Positions 28,600-39,593 of a DNA stretch of 64,000 nt are shown here, in pieces (within the stretch, counting starts at the first letter, position 1; each line of letters opens with the position of its first letter). Both the position numbers and the translations under genes were made by a program. The stretch comes from an uncultured delta proteobacterium. Lineage in GTDB: Bacteria > Desulfobacterota > Binatia > DP-6. The DNA lies in assembly GCA_963815115.1 (NCBI GenBank), contig CAWFFN010000008.1, positions 768,001 to 832,000 on the forward strand, written 5' to 3'. The notes beneath the pieces are model-generated. The model searched no databases. It was given only the letters and a program-made list of their open reading frames with translations, and was not told the DNA's origin.

Positions 28600-28816
28600 C
28601 TCTCGAGCGGCGGAATCAGTAGGTCAGTGTCCTCGACTGAGCATCGGTCAGTCTCCATCCAGTCACCATGCCCATGCCTCCCGGTGCCTGCCGATGGATG
28701 AGCGCGACGCGTAACCTCCGAATCTTCCGAGACACGGCCACCCGCCGGAACCTCCCGGCAACCTCCTGCGTCCTTTCGTAATTAGTAGCTCGCCGGTTCG
28801 ACTCCGGCGGGTGGCT
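28600..28816 (+). mobile_element. type A att-like end (core 28775-28816)
   Basis: Near-identical to 2690-2907. Confidence 0.85.
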
Positions 28817-29234
28817 CTAGAATTCTCCGTCTTTTGTGGGGCTTGCACGACCCGCACCGGGATAGTGGAGGTTTCATCGCACCGGTGTGTGCCTATGGTG
28901 TGCCTCTCTCCACAGCGCGCGCTTCAGAGTTGTCGTCGCAGCCTGGTTCGAGGGCCAACCGATGGCAGAACAGTCGACCCAGCCGCAGCCCAATGACCTT
29001 CGTGAGACATTCCATGAGGCGTTGACCGACTTCTCTCGGTTCGCTCAGAAGCGCCAGACGGCGAAGGCGCAAGCAGCGTTGCACCGGCTGTTCACAACGC
29101 TCATCGACGTCGACCGAGATGGCGACGTGGTCGGCTCGCGGATCACTGGTGGAAGCAAGAATGCATCCTCCCGCATGAACCAGAAGGGCTTCAGGGATGC
29201 GGGCACGGCTGCGCGCTCGGCCAGGTGCAGGGCG

Positions 29235-29374
29235 GCACGTCGCTGAACGCGATTCAGCAGCTCCTCGGGCATAGCTCGCTCGCCACGACGAGCGTCTACC
29301 TCCGCAACATCGCCCCCGCGGCGGCCGTTGCCGAGGCGACGGCCAAGACGGCGCACCTGACGGTTGAGCCGTAG
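29235..29374 (+). pseudogene. tyrosine recombinase C-terminal remnant
   Basis: Frame absent from the ORF track reads LNAIQQLLGHSSLATTSVYL (box II LGH...Y). Confidence 0.8.
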
Positions 29375-29540
29375 CCGGCGGCACAGGGAAGACGTTTCCC
29401 GGGCTCAGCACATCGTCGCGGGCCGCGATGCAGGTCGCGAGAGGAACTCTCGCACCGCGACACCGCGCCCGGCATGCACGTTCGCGACGCGTCCTGACCT
29501 TCCCCACCACCTCCGGTTGATGGCATGCTGGGGCCGCGCG

Positions 29541-30072
29541 ATGGCACGGGACCCGCGAGACGTGCTGCGCCGGGCAGCGTTCGGCACGATCCTCTTCGTT
29601 CTGCTCGCGCCAGGTACCGTGGTCGTCCTCGGGCCGTGGCTCCTCACCGGCTGGCGCTTCGCGCCGCCGTTGCTCGGGTGGAGCATGACGCGCTGGCTCG
29701 GGGCCGTGCTCCTTGTGCTCGCATTGCCGCTCTTTGCCGCATTCAACCTGCGCTTCGTGATCGAGGGGCCACGGGACGCCTGCGCCGATCGCCCCGACCG
29801 AACTTCTCGTCGTGGGAGGACCATTCCGCTGGGTGCGCAACCCGGGCTACGTCTCGGTAATCGCCCTCCTGGTAGGACAGGCATTGCTCTTCGCGAGCCC
29901 CGGCCTCTTCGGGTATGCGGCCGTCGTCGCACTCGCCTTTCACCTCTTCGTCGTGCTCTACGAGGAGCCGACATTGCGACGGCAGTTCGGCGCGGAGTAC
30001 GAGACGTACTGCCGCGCCGTACCGCGGTGGATTCCGCGGCTCCGGCCCGCAGCGAAGCCACCACCCTGCTGA
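29541..30072 (+). pseudogene. isoprenylcysteine carboxylmethyltransferase/PEMT-like membrane protein, frameshifted
   Basis: LVVGGPFRWVRNPGY, YEEPTLRRQFG.EY..Y...VPRW; frameshift near 29770. Confidence 0.8.
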
Positions 30073-30089
30073 CGCGCTGGGCGCGCGGG

Positions 30090-30600
30090 GATCGCCGGGA
30101 ACGAGACCACGCGAAACGCGATGACGGGCGGCGTGCTCGCCTTCCTTGAGCATCCCGGCGAATGGCGGCGCCTCCGCGCGGACCCCGCGCTCCTCGACAC
30201 CGCCGTCGAGGAGATCGTAGGCTGGACGACGCCGGTCATCCAGTTTGATCGCACGGCGACCCGTGACTACACGCTGCGTGAGACGACCATCCGGAAAGGC
30301 CAGGCGGTGTGCCCCTTCTACCCCTCGGCGAACCGCGACGAGGACGTGTTCGCCGATCCCTTCGCCTTTCGCATCGATCGCGTGCCGAACGAGCACATCG
30401 GCTTCGGCATCGGCGACATGTCTGCCTGGGCGCGCATCTCGCCCGGCTCGAACTGCGCCACGCCTTCATGCAGCTTCGCGACCGACTCGAGCACTGCGAA
30501 CTCGCGGGTCCCGTCGAACGTGTGCGATCGAGCTTCGTCGGGGGAATCAAGCATGCGCCGATGCACTGGAGGATCGCGGGAGGGCGCGGGGCGGGGACGA
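30090..30600 (+). pseudogene. cytochrome P450 C-terminal fragment
   Basis: IAGNETT, EEI..W, SANRDE.VF, FG.G/HVCLG split by a frameshift. Confidence 0.88.
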
Positions 30601-31148
30601 GCCCGGGCGGGTAAGCCGGCGTCGTGCGGCCGATGAGGCCCTTGGAAGGCGAGACGTTCCAGGGCCTCGTTTCTTCTGCGCCCGCGGCCGCTCGGGGGGG
30701 CTGGCTGGTAGGAGGTCGCTTGCTATGGCGAGACACCGCGGCCCTGCGAACACGGCAGGGCAGCACTGGGTCCCGCTAACGATCCCCAGGCGGTTCCGGC
30801 GTGGAGCGCGAAGGCTCGCGGAACGTTGTCGTTGGCGGATTCGAGAGGAATCGGATGCGCTTCTACCCCACCACCCTCACCGGTCGCCAGCAGACGCGCC
30901 AGGAGGGCGGAGTGACACGGCCACGGAAAGCCGGCCGTCTCCGCCGGGACCTTGACGTCGCGGCGCGCTCGGGGGTAGGGCCCACGGCATGCGTGGAGAC
31001 GCCGTGAGGAGGGTGCACGATCTACTCGTCGCCGGGGCTGCCGGGCGTACTCCCCGCGCGCTCGCCGCCCGATCGTGATCGCCGACGCCGACTTCGACCT
31101 GGCGGTCGCCGCGGCTGACACGCTCGTCGTTGGCCTTCATCAGAAGAC

Positions 31149-31850
31149 ATGACTTCGCCGCATCGCAGCGCCGCACGGGCCACAAGTCCTCATTGGACCA
31201 TCGCCCAAGCGTTCATGGAGTGGGATCCGCTTGTCCGAATCTATGAGAGTCGCCTGTGGAGACGGAGCCCGCTCCTCACGCTCCTGACCGGGATATCCTT
31301 CGATCGCGAATACTCGCTGATTGCGGCGGCTCTTCAGATCGATACCGCGCATCGCATCCTCGACCTCGCCTGCGGTCCTGGCATCTACACTCGCAGATTC
31401 GCTCAGCACCGTCCCGAAGCTGCAGTTGTCGGCATGGACCTGTCCGCACCGATGCTCGGCTACGCTGTGCGCCGGGCGCGGGAGGCGCGGCTGGCCAACG
31501 TGGCACTTGTCCGTGGCGACGCGTTGGCGTTCCCTTTCAGGGCGAATCTTTTCGATGGCGTCAACTGTTGCGGCGCGTTGCACCTATTTCCTGACGTCGA
31601 TGGGGTCTTGAGCGAGATCCGCCGTGTACTCCGCGAGGGAGGCCGCCTGACCATCGCGGCATTCCGCCGGGGCGACAGCACGTTCGCCAGGGCCCGAGCA
31701 GACCTCCGTCGGCGGCTCTACGGCGTCGACGCCTTCAGCCCGACCGGGCTCAGAGAGCGCCTCGAAGGCGCCGGTTTCTCACATGTCCGCTGCCTCCACG
31801 CGGCAGGAGTCTGGCTGGTCATCTCCGCCGAGACGACGAAGGCTGCGTAA
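31149..31850 (+). CDS. class I SAM-dependent methyltransferase (UbiE-like)
   Basis: ILDLACGPG, GMDLS..ML, GDALAFPF, RVLREGG. Confidence 0.9.
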   Translation: MTSPHRSAARATSPHWTIAQAFMEWDPLVRIYESRLWRRSPLLTLLTGISFDREYSLIAAALQIDTAHRILDLACGPGIYTRRFAQHRPEAAVVGMDLSAPMLGYAVRRAREARLANVALVRGDALAFPFRANLFDGVNCCGALHLFPDVDGVLSEIRRVLREGGRLTIAAFRRGDSTFARARADLRRRLYGVDAFSPTGLRERLEGAGFSHVRCLHAAGVWLVISAETTKAA

Positions 31851-32269
31851 CAAGAGTAGCTCCTTTCCTCCGCAGGAAGGGCCCTTTCTGTAGCATCTCG
31901 CGGCCCCATGACCGACGAAGCGAACACCGGATGGCTCGAGCCGCCACTTCTCCAAGTGGGAAGTCCGGGACAGCAGCCTATGGTTGGTGCAGCACCTTGC
32001 AGCGCGTGGTGCGGGACACACGGCTCCGCAAGCGCCTCGGGCGCTGTTGACTCCGATGGACGGAGCATTCTAGGGAGGTGGACCCATGGCGGCGATCAGG
32101 GTGTTGATCTCGAGCACATACCTGGACAACGCCGAACGGCGAAAGCGGGTCGAGGACGCCGTCCTCTTAGCTGCCGCCCGCCTGACCCGGGGCCGCTCCG
32201 CGATCGCGAGGTCGAAGAGGCGTTGCGCGAGCTGACCACGTCGACCGTCTCGACCCCAACGCCTGACCT

Positions 32270-32334
32270 GCCATCTTGCTAACCGCCTCGAAGAGCTGGG
32301 CCACGAGCTCATCCTCGAGCCCCTCACGGCCTGA
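32270..32334 (+). mobile_element. IS110-like extreme C-terminal remnant
   Basis: HLANRLEELGHELILEPLTA-stop resembles the RL..LGY.V.L tail. Confidence 0.5.
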
Positions 32335-32382
32335 TCCCAGGTGACTTGCGAACCAAATCTGCATATCAGAAACACCCCATGC

Positions 32383-33555
32383 ATGCCGGTGACCAGGACA
32401 CGTCGCACGCCGACCCTCGGGCTCGTCCTCTCGGGCGGCGGGGCGCGCGCGGCCTTTCAGGTCGGCGTGATCGAGCGGCTCCTCGAGGATGTCCACTTCG
32501 CCGCCGGTCCGACGGTGCTCTCCGGGACGTCCGCGGGCGGGATCAACGCGGCCCTGCTGGCAGCGGGCAAGACGCCGGCCGAGATGATGGCGTTCTGGCG
32601 CGCCATCGGGACGAACCCGCCTGTCGTCGCCAGCCAGCTCTTCTTCGACGGCGTGCTGCGCGGAGTGCTGCGCCTGACGCTCGGCGAGATCCGTCGCTGC
32701 CTTTCCGGCCCTACCCTGTTCCTGGCGTTCCTCCAGCGACTGAAGAATCATCTCTCGCCGGCACCCTCGAGCGTCCTGGCCCTCTGGGTCGAATACCTGT
32801 TGACGCAGCGGTTCGAGCTGGTGAGCCGGTTGCTCGAGACAATCCGCGAGCCATACCTCGCCGACACGACCCCGCTGCGGGAGCGGCTGGTCGACGCGCT
32901 GGGCGGTGAGCGCGTCTCGACCCGCGGCACGCGCCTGGCGATCAGCACGGTGGACGCGCACACCGGGCAGGTAGTGCGGTTCGTGTCCGCGCCGTCGCCG
33001 GCCACGCGGTCGCCCGAGTACGTGGTGGTGGAGGCCATCACCGTCGACATGGTCCTCGCAACGGCCAGCATCCCGCTCCTTTTCCCACCGGTCGAGATCG
33101 GACCGCATCTCTGCTGGGATGGCGGGTTGCTCGTGAACACCCCCCTGGCGCCCGTCGTGGCGCTCGGGGCCGACGAGATCATCACCGTCCTGGTCACCGA
33201 GTCGCCCGATCCCACCAGTGGGCAGCTTGCGCACTTCGGGCGAGCCGTCGAGCGCACCGTCGACAGCTTCCTCGACAACGCCTACAACGTGGACCGAAAG
33301 CTCCTGCTCGAGCGTAACCGCCTCGCGCAGGCGCAACCAGCGAGCGCGCCCTACCGCGCCGTCACGCTTTACGAAGCGGTGCGGCCTGAGCGCGACGCTT
33401 GCTTCAACACCGGCTCATACCTCTACTTCGAGGCCGGGGTGCTCGACTCGATGTACGAGTCGGGCCTTCGCGCAGCGACGAGGTGGTTGGCGGCGGGCCC
33501 GGTGGTCGACCACCTCGACGAACCGCCGTCGCCGCCCGTAGCGTCCAACGCCTGA
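32383..33555 (+). CDS. patatin-like phospholipase
   Basis: LSGGGARA, GTSAG, SIP.LFP, DGG. Confidence 0.92.
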   Translation: MPVTRTRRTPTLGLVLSGGGARAAFQVGVIERLLEDVHFAAGPTVLSGTSAGGINAALLAAGKTPAEMMAFWRAIGTNPPVVASQLFFDGVLRGVLRLTLGEIRRCLSGPTLFLAFLQRLKNHLSPAPSSVLALWVEYLLTQRFELVSRLLETIREPYLADTTPLRERLVDALGGERVSTRGTRLAISTVDAHTGQVVRFVSAPSPATRSPEYVVVEAITVDMVLATASIPLLFPPVEIGPHLCWDGGLLVNTPLAPVVALGADEIITVLVTESPDPTSGQLAHFGRAVERTVDSFLDNAYNVDRKLLLERNRLAQAQPASAPYRAVTLYEAVRPERDACFNTGSYLYFEAGVLDSMYESGLRAATRWLAAGPVVDHLDEPPSPPVASNA

Positions 33556-33759
33556 CGCCACGACTCCGGATCGTCCGTCGCCATCGGCGGGCGCAAGCGA
33601 CGTGCGATGAGTGACGGCACCGGAGGCGCGGGCGAGCCAAGGGGCGATTAGTGTACCGTCCAGATCGCATCAACATTATCGCGCTCGAACGGACCAAACC
33701 CGCCCGCGTGCTCACCGGCTCGCCCCATCGGGATCGTGATCTCGACTCGACCGAGGTGT

Positions 33760-34145
33760 ACTTGCGCCACGCACGCCGAACGCGTGGCCGGCGACGCGAC
33801 GAGCGTCGCGGACGCGATGCGCGCCATCGCCGCCCTCGGCCTCCAGGTGGCCCCCACACGGAGGTCGATGCACCGACCTTCCCCGACACCCCGGACCGCC
33901 TCGCCGAGCAGGCCCGGCGGGTCCGCGCGCTCGTGGAGGCGTGCCTCGGGGTGCGACGCTGCACGGACCTGATCTTTTGGGACCGCAGGACGCGGAGTCC
34001 TGGTTGAACACCTTGTTCCAGCGGGACGACCTCGCGCCGACCCTGTTCGACGCGGCGCTCGCGCCGAAACCGGTCTACGTCGCCGTGCGGAATGCGCTCT
34101 CGACGGCTACGGCGACGAGCAGGACGAGCGGCGAGAAACGATAGA
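33760..34145 (+). pseudogene. GH10 endo-xylanase-like C-terminal fragment
   Basis: LGLQVA/TEVD, EAC....C....WG..D..SW, LFD....PKP.Y across three frames. Confidence 0.7.
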
Positions 34146-34442
34146 CCCGAGCCGTGCCGCCATCCAGCGCGCGTCCCGCTGATCCGGTGTCAGCCCCCGG
34201 CCGAGTACTCCCACCGGCGTTGGGTTCTCGCGCTGGTGACAGCGGCGATCACAACCCGATCCTGCTATGGATGCGTGGACGCCGTCGTCGCCGTCGAGGG
34301 TGCCCCGGATGCCGCGCCGCCACCCGGCGCAAGCAGCGGGGCCGTACTACAAGCTACGGGCTAGCGACCGTCACAGTCCACGTGGCATAAACCGCGGCCG
34401 CCGGTCGTTGCCTGTGGTCACACACCGATGAGGGAGGCCCCG

Positions 34443-35363
34443 ATGTCCAAGGCTGTGAGGTTCGACGAGTACGGCGGGATCGACGTGCTCAAGGTCGTCG
34501 AAGTGGACCGTCCGGCGCCGCAGGCGGGGCAGGTCCTCGTCCAGGTCAAGGCGGCTGGCATCAATCCCGGCGAGGCATACATCCGGCAGGGCGTGTTCGC
34601 GCAGTGGTGGCCGGCGACGTTCCCATCCGGGCAGGGCAGCGACTTCGCCGGTGTCGTGGCCGAACTCGGCACCGGCGTCACGGGTTTCGCGGTGGGCGAC
34701 GAGGTCCTGGGGTTCACCCACAAGCGTGCGAGCCAGGCCGAGTTCGTCGTCGCCGAAGCGACCGACCTCGTGCGCAAGCCCGGGAACGTCTCCTGGGAGC
34801 AGGCAGGTTCTCTCTTCGTGGCCGGCACCACGGCCTATGCGGCGGTTCGCGCCGTGTCTTTGTCCGAAGGGGACACTGTCGCCGTATCGGGTGCCGCTGG
34901 TGGCGTGGGTTCGCTCGTCGTGCAGCTGGCCGTCAACGCGGGCGCGAAGGTGATCGGCCTTGCCGGCGAGGCCAACCAGGCGTGGCTCGCCGAGCACGGC
35001 GTGATCCCCGTGCTCTACGGCGAGGGTGTGCTCGACCGGATCCGGGAGGCCGCCGGCGGTCAGGTCGACGCGTTCATCGACACCTTCGGTGCCGACTATG
35101 TCGAGATCGCTCTGGAACTGGGGGTCAAGCCCGAGCGGATCGACACCATCATCAACTTCGCGGCGGCGGAGAAGTACGGCGTCAAGATCGAGGGCAACAT
35201 GGACGCCGCGAGCGCCGAGGTGCTGGCGGAGCTGACCGGGTTGGTCAGCGCCGGCAAGCTCGACGTCGTGGTCGCCAAGGTCTACCCGCTGGAGCAGGTC
35301 CAGGACGCCTACCGCGAGTTGGAGCAGCGCCACACCCGGGGCAAGATCGTGCTGCGGCCCTGA
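34443..35363 (+). CDS. NADP-dependent quinone oxidoreductase (MDR family)
   Basis: VKAAGINP, GSDFAGVV, GAAGGVG, HTRGKIVL. Confidence 0.92.
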   Translation: MSKAVRFDEYGGIDVLKVVEVDRPAPQAGQVLVQVKAAGINPGEAYIRQGVFAQWWPATFPSGQGSDFAGVVAELGTGVTGFAVGDEVLGFTHKRASQAEFVVAEATDLVRKPGNVSWEQAGSLFVAGTTAYAAVRAVSLSEGDTVAVSGAAGGVGSLVVQLAVNAGAKVIGLAGEANQAWLAEHGVIPVLYGEGVLDRIREAAGGQVDAFIDTFGADYVEIALELGVKPERIDTIINFAAAEKYGVKIEGNMDAASAEVLAELTGLVSAGKLDVVVAKVYPLEQVQDAYRELEQRHTRGKIVLRP

Positions 35364-35369
35364 TTCACC

Positions 35370-35500
35370 TGACACCACTTCGACCGCTTGAGCACCGACC
35401 CCCTCACCCGCTACCACACCCGCCGGCTCGCTGCCCTCGGCTACGCCGTCACACTCACTCCCCGTGCCGCCTGAGCCGACCCAATCCCGTTTCCGTAGGA
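35370..35500 (+). mobile_element. IS110 C-terminal remnant and right end
   Basis: HFDRLSTDPLTRYHTRRLAALGYAVTLTPRAA-stop 35474; homologous to 18210-18306. Confidence 0.75.
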
Positions 35501-35814
35501 TCGGCGCAGGGTGCCGAAGACGGCTCGCAGCACGTCCGCCTGCGGGTTCTCGAACGCCGGCACGCGGTCGTGCGGCAGGCAGGCCAGGCGGTAGAGGGCG
35601 CGATAGAGGACGTTGGTCGCTGGCCGGCAGGATCCAGCCCGACCGGCGATCGTGCCGACTATCGGTCGCTGCTCGATCACGGGCGTGGATTCACGCTCGA
35701 CAGCCGGCCGGGCGGCGCTACGTTCGCGGTTGCCGGAGAGGAGTGACGCGATGGGGAGGAACGGCATCGACGGTGCGATGCACCGGCCGGCTTGGCCCGG
35801 CAGCGCGCGCATTT

Positions 35815-36035
35815 GCCGTCCCAGAGAACGTGGTGGCCGAGTGGGTGTCGCGCGGCCGCGGGACGCATCCGACGCGGCCGGCGACGCGCGAGTATGCGGA
35901 GTTTGCGCACGCAACAAAACGGCGAGGGCGAGTGGGAAACGGCCATGCTCGCGCGCAATCACCGCGGCGGCTGACGCGAAAGCGGAGCACTGGACAGCGG
36001 CCGCCTGGTCGCTGGAGCGCCTCCCTCTCCAGGAT
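35815..36035 (+). pseudogene. possible phage terminase-small-subunit-like fragment
   Basis: EW..RG...EYAEF followed by WTAAAWSLER across frameshifts. Confidence 0.4.
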
Positions 36036-36062
36036 CGGAGACGACCGAGACGGCAGAGAGGA

Positions 36063-36758
36063 CTACAGCCGTACCGTGTACTCCATGCCGTCTCCGAGGA
36101 ACAACGTCACCGAGAGGAAGCCGTTGATGGGATCCTGCACGTACGCGACGTAGGGTGCGAGGGCCCACCGAAACGTGAAGATATTGTCGGCCAGCACCAC
36201 GGCACCCTGCCGCAGACCAGGCGTGAGTATCTTGAGGATCGAGAGGTAGAGCTGCTTGAAGCCGTCGAGGAGCACCATGTCGACCGTCCCACCAGGATCC
36301 TTCAGGGTATGCTGCGCGTCCCCTTCGCGGATATCGACGAAGGTGCTCAGGCCGGCCTCCTCGAGGTTGCGGCGCGCGGTCGCGACCTTTCCGGGTTCGA
36401 GTTCGGAGCCCACGACGACACCGCCGCCGTTATCGCGCACCGCCGCGGCCAGGTAGGTCGTCGAGATGCCAAAGGAGGTGCCGAACTCGACAATGCGTTG
36501 AGCGCGCAAGGAACGCGCGACGAGATACAGGAGCCGGCCCTGCTTTGGCGACACGGGCACGTAGAGATCCTTGAGACGCTCCACCTCCTCCGCCACGGAC
36601 GGTTGGTGGCCACGGAGCTTGTCGCCGACGAACGATCCCAGCAGACGGACCAAGCTCAGGGTTTGCTTGCCCGCGTCCTCGTGCAGGCGATCGAGCACCC
36701 TCCGGACGCGCGGGTCGGCGATCGCGCACGGCGCACGGCTCGACGAGTCCTGTGTCAT
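36063..36758 (-). CDS. O-methyltransferase
   Basis: IVEFGTSFGISTTYLAAA, GDA..TL, DMVLLDG, ADN. Confidence 0.9.
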   Translation of the reverse strand: MTQDSSSRAPCAIADPRVRRVLDRLHEDAGKQTLSLVRLLGSFVGDKLRGHQPSVAEEVERLKDLYVPVSPKQGRLLYLVARSLRAQRIVEFGTSFGISTTYLAAAVRDNGGGVVVGSELEPGKVATARRNLEEAGLSTFVDIREGDAQHTLKDPGGTVDMVLLDGFKQLYLSILKILTPGLRQGAVVLADNIFTFRWALAPYVAYVQDPINGFLSVTLFLGDGMEYTVRL

Positions 36759-36835
36759 CTGACGTGGGCTGACCGGCAGATACACGGGGGGTGTCGCCGT
36801 CGCAAGACCCGATGAGATCCGGCGCTCATCGAGAG

Positions 36836-37915
36836 TCAATACCTCCGCATCACCTGCTCGGCGAATTCCTTGAACACCGTGCGCGCCACGGCCATCGGCG
36901 CCATCAGGCCGACCTCCTTCAGGCCGCCCCTCTCGGCCTCGCGGATGCGGGCGACGAGCTCGTCCGGCTCACCGACGAGCGTGGAGGCGCGAATCGTCGT
37001 CTCGTTCACGAAGCGGCGCTCCTCGGGTATGAGGAACGTACAGTGGCCGTTGTGCAGCTGCAGGTAGCGCTTCTCCCTCGGGGTCTCCATCTTCTCGACG
37101 TAGTCGCAGTACTCTCGCCAGACGCCCTCGAAGCCGTGCGGGATTGCCGCCTCGTTCTTGGTGAGCTTGACGATCTCGTACGCGAAATGCAGCCCGGCAG
37201 CGACTTGTGAGCCGCATTGCTCGACCACGCGGTCCGAGTCGGCCTTTTCCCCGGGGCGCAGCACGACCGCCGAGGTCAGCGTGGCCGTGTGAAAGTCCTT
37301 CGGCAGCACGCGGCCGACGCGCTTCGCTCCTTCGGCGATGCCGGTCAGGTGCGAGGCCAGTACCTGTGGGATCTCGTTCCCGACCGAGACGAGGCCGTCC
37401 CCGAACTCGCCGACCGCGCGCAGCGCCAACGGACCGTTGGCCGCCAGGTAGAGCGGGATCGGATGGATGAGATCGAGAAAACCGAGGTCCTGGTGGAGGA
37501 AACGGATCGTGCGTGTCACCCCGTTCAGCGTGTACTCGACCTCCTCGCCGGTAAGCAGCGCGCGCACGACGCGGAGGTATTCGCGGAAATCGCGGATCTT
37601 CATCGGGTCCATGCCCATCACGCGCATGGCGGTGTGGCCAGTGCCGATGCCGAGAAAGACGCGGCCCGGGGCGATCCGGTTGATCGACGCAATCGAGTGA
37701 GCGGTTACCGGCGCGATGCGCGTGCCGGGGATGGCCACGCCGGTGCCGAGTTTGATGCGCTGGGTATTGTGCGCTGCGAGCGCGAGGGTGGCGTAGCAAT
37801 CCGACCAGATCATCTGCGAGTCGGGGATCCAGGCGCGGTCGTAGCCGAGATTCTCGGCGTATTGGATCAGCTGCCAGTCGTCGATCCTGGTGGCGACGAA
37901 GACGCCGAACTCCAT
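36836..37915 (-). CDS. LLM-class flavin/F420-dependent oxidoreductase (Mer-like)
   Basis: AWIPDSQ, T.RIKLGTGV, APGRVFLGIGTG, YLAANGP. Confidence 0.92.
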   Translation of the reverse strand: MEFGVFVATRIDDWQLIQYAENLGYDRAWIPDSQMIWSDCYATLALAAHNTQRIKLGTGVAIPGTRIAPVTAHSIASINRIAPGRVFLGIGTGHTAMRVMGMDPMKIRDFREYLRVVRALLTGEEVEYTLNGVTRTIRFLHQDLGFLDLIHPIPLYLAANGPLALRAVGEFGDGLVSVGNEIPQVLASHLTGIAEGAKRVGRVLPKDFHTATLTSAVVLRPGEKADSDRVVEQCGSQVAAGLHFAYEIVKLTKNEAAIPHGFEGVWREYCDYVEKMETPREKRYLQLHNGHCTFLIPEERRFVNETTIRASTLVGEPDELVARIREAERGGLKEVGLMAPMAVARTVFKEFAEQVMRRY

Positions 37916-38290
37916 CCTTGACCCCCGCTCATGGGCTCGCTCCGGAGAGCGGCGGATCACTCGTAGCGCAGTGTCGGGATCGGGTCGAGCCGCGAGGCCA
38001 ACGCGGTCAGGCTCCCATCAGAGGCACAAGCACGAGCCCGGAGACGGCCGAGGGGAGAACGCCCGAGATCGAGCACCGGCGAGGCGGGCGAGCGCTGCGG
38101 CTCACGCCCCCTGATCTGCACGTTTGCGGCGACACCGTGGGCGCCCGGCGGAACAGCCTGCGTGGTGCTGGACGGCGGCCTGCACGGGCGGACGACGCCG
38201 CAGCCGAGCATGCCTGTTTCAAGCCGACCGCTGCCGAGGACGAACGTGGAGTTGCACTGCGCGCGCGGGTTGGCGTACTCGTGGTCGCCG

Positions 38291-39529
38291 ATGAGCGTCG
38301 TCGCATTTCGCGACTGCACTCTGCTCGACTGCACCGGCGCCGAACCGGCCGGGCGTTCGACGGTGGTCGTCGAAGGAGATAGGATCGCCCGCGTCGTGCG
38401 CGGTGGCGAACCCGAGCTGACGCGCGACGCGGAGCGCATCGAATGCGGCGGGCGGACGCTCATGCCGGGTCTCACCGACTCCCACGTCCACTGCGCCATC
38501 ATCGAGACGGATCCTGGCAAGGCGCGTCGCGACTCTCCAGCGACGGCGGCGCTGCGCATCAAGGACGTGCTCGAGCAGACGCTCGACGCCGGCTTCACCA
38601 CCGTCCGTGACGCCTTCGGCATCGACTGGGGCTTTGCCCAGGCGATAGAGCGCGGGCTTCTTCGCGGTCCGCGTGTGCTCTTCGTCGGTCCGTGTCTGTC
38701 ACAGACCGGTGGGCACGGCGACTGGCGCGAGCCGCACCAGAACCAGGTCCCCGTGGAGGGGACAGATGGTCTCTTCGCGGCGCCTCGCATCTGCGACTCG
38801 CCCGACGAGATGCGCCGCGCCGCGCGCGAGATCCTGCGCACTGGCGCACACGGGATCAAGATCATGGGCGGCGGCGGGTGCATGTCGCCCACCGACGAGC
38901 TGGAGCAGACGCAGTTCACCATCGAGGAGATGGCGGCCGCCGCCTACGAAGCGACGGCGCGGCAGAAGATCACCCTCGCCCACGTCTACACACCACGGAG
39001 CATCATGAACGCGGTGAAGGCCGGCGTCCGCAGCATCGAGCACGCGAACTTCCTTGACGAGGAATCGGCTGCGGCGATGAAGAACGCCGACGCCTTCTTC
39101 GTGCCCACGCTCACGACCTACGAGCTGATCAGCGCCTTTGGTGAGTCGCAGGGTGTGCCAGCCAACATGCTCGCCAAGATCAACAAGGCCAAGGCCGGCG
39201 GGTTGCGCTCGCTCGAAGTCGCGCGGGCAGCGGGGTTGCAGATCTGCTCGGGCTCCGATGTCCTCGCTTCGATGCAACCGTTCAAAGCGATGGAGCTGTC
39301 CCTCAAGGCCACGGCCCTCGGGACACACGAGGCGATCCTCTCGGCGACGCGAACCAACGCTCGCCTGTTCGGGCTCGCCGATCGCATCGGAACCGTCGAA
39401 GAGGGGAAACTCGCCGATCTGATCCTCGTGAACGGCCAGCCGCTCGATGACGTCGCCCTGCTCCAGGATGCCGACCGGGTGCACGTTGTCATGCGCGAAG
39501 GGCAGATCTACAAGAGAAGGCAGGCTTGA
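38291..39529 (+). CDS. metal-dependent amidohydrolase (prolidase-like)
   Basis: MPGLTDSHVH, GFTTVRDA, IK..GGG, AH, SIEH, GSD, GKLADL. Confidence 0.93.
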   Translation: MSVVAFRDCTLLDCTGAEPAGRSTVVVEGDRIARVVRGGEPELTRDAERIECGGRTLMPGLTDSHVHCAIIETDPGKARRDSPATAALRIKDVLEQTLDAGFTTVRDAFGIDWGFAQAIERGLLRGPRVLFVGPCLSQTGGHGDWREPHQNQVPVEGTDGLFAAPRICDSPDEMRRAAREILRTGAHGIKIMGGGGCMSPTDELEQTQFTIEEMAAAAYEATARQKITLAHVYTPRSIMNAVKAGVRSIEHANFLDEESAAAMKNADAFFVPTLTTYELISAFGESQGVPANMLAKINKAKAGGLRSLEVARAAGLQICSGSDVLASMQPFKAMELSLKATALGTHEAILSATRTNARLFGLADRIGTVEEGKLADLILVNGQPLDDVALLQDADRVHVVMREGQIYKRRQA

Positions 39530-39593
39530 ACTTTTCAGGATGAGAGTCGGCGCGGTCCCGGTGACCAGCTAACTGGCGTTTTGCAGCGGGCGG

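Noticed and set aside
30856-30900. IS110 start MRFY.T with RBS
   Set aside because: Similarity limited to about five residues
35815-36035. Prophage
   Set aside because: Only one weak terminase-small-like fragment; no structural, large terminase or lysis genes
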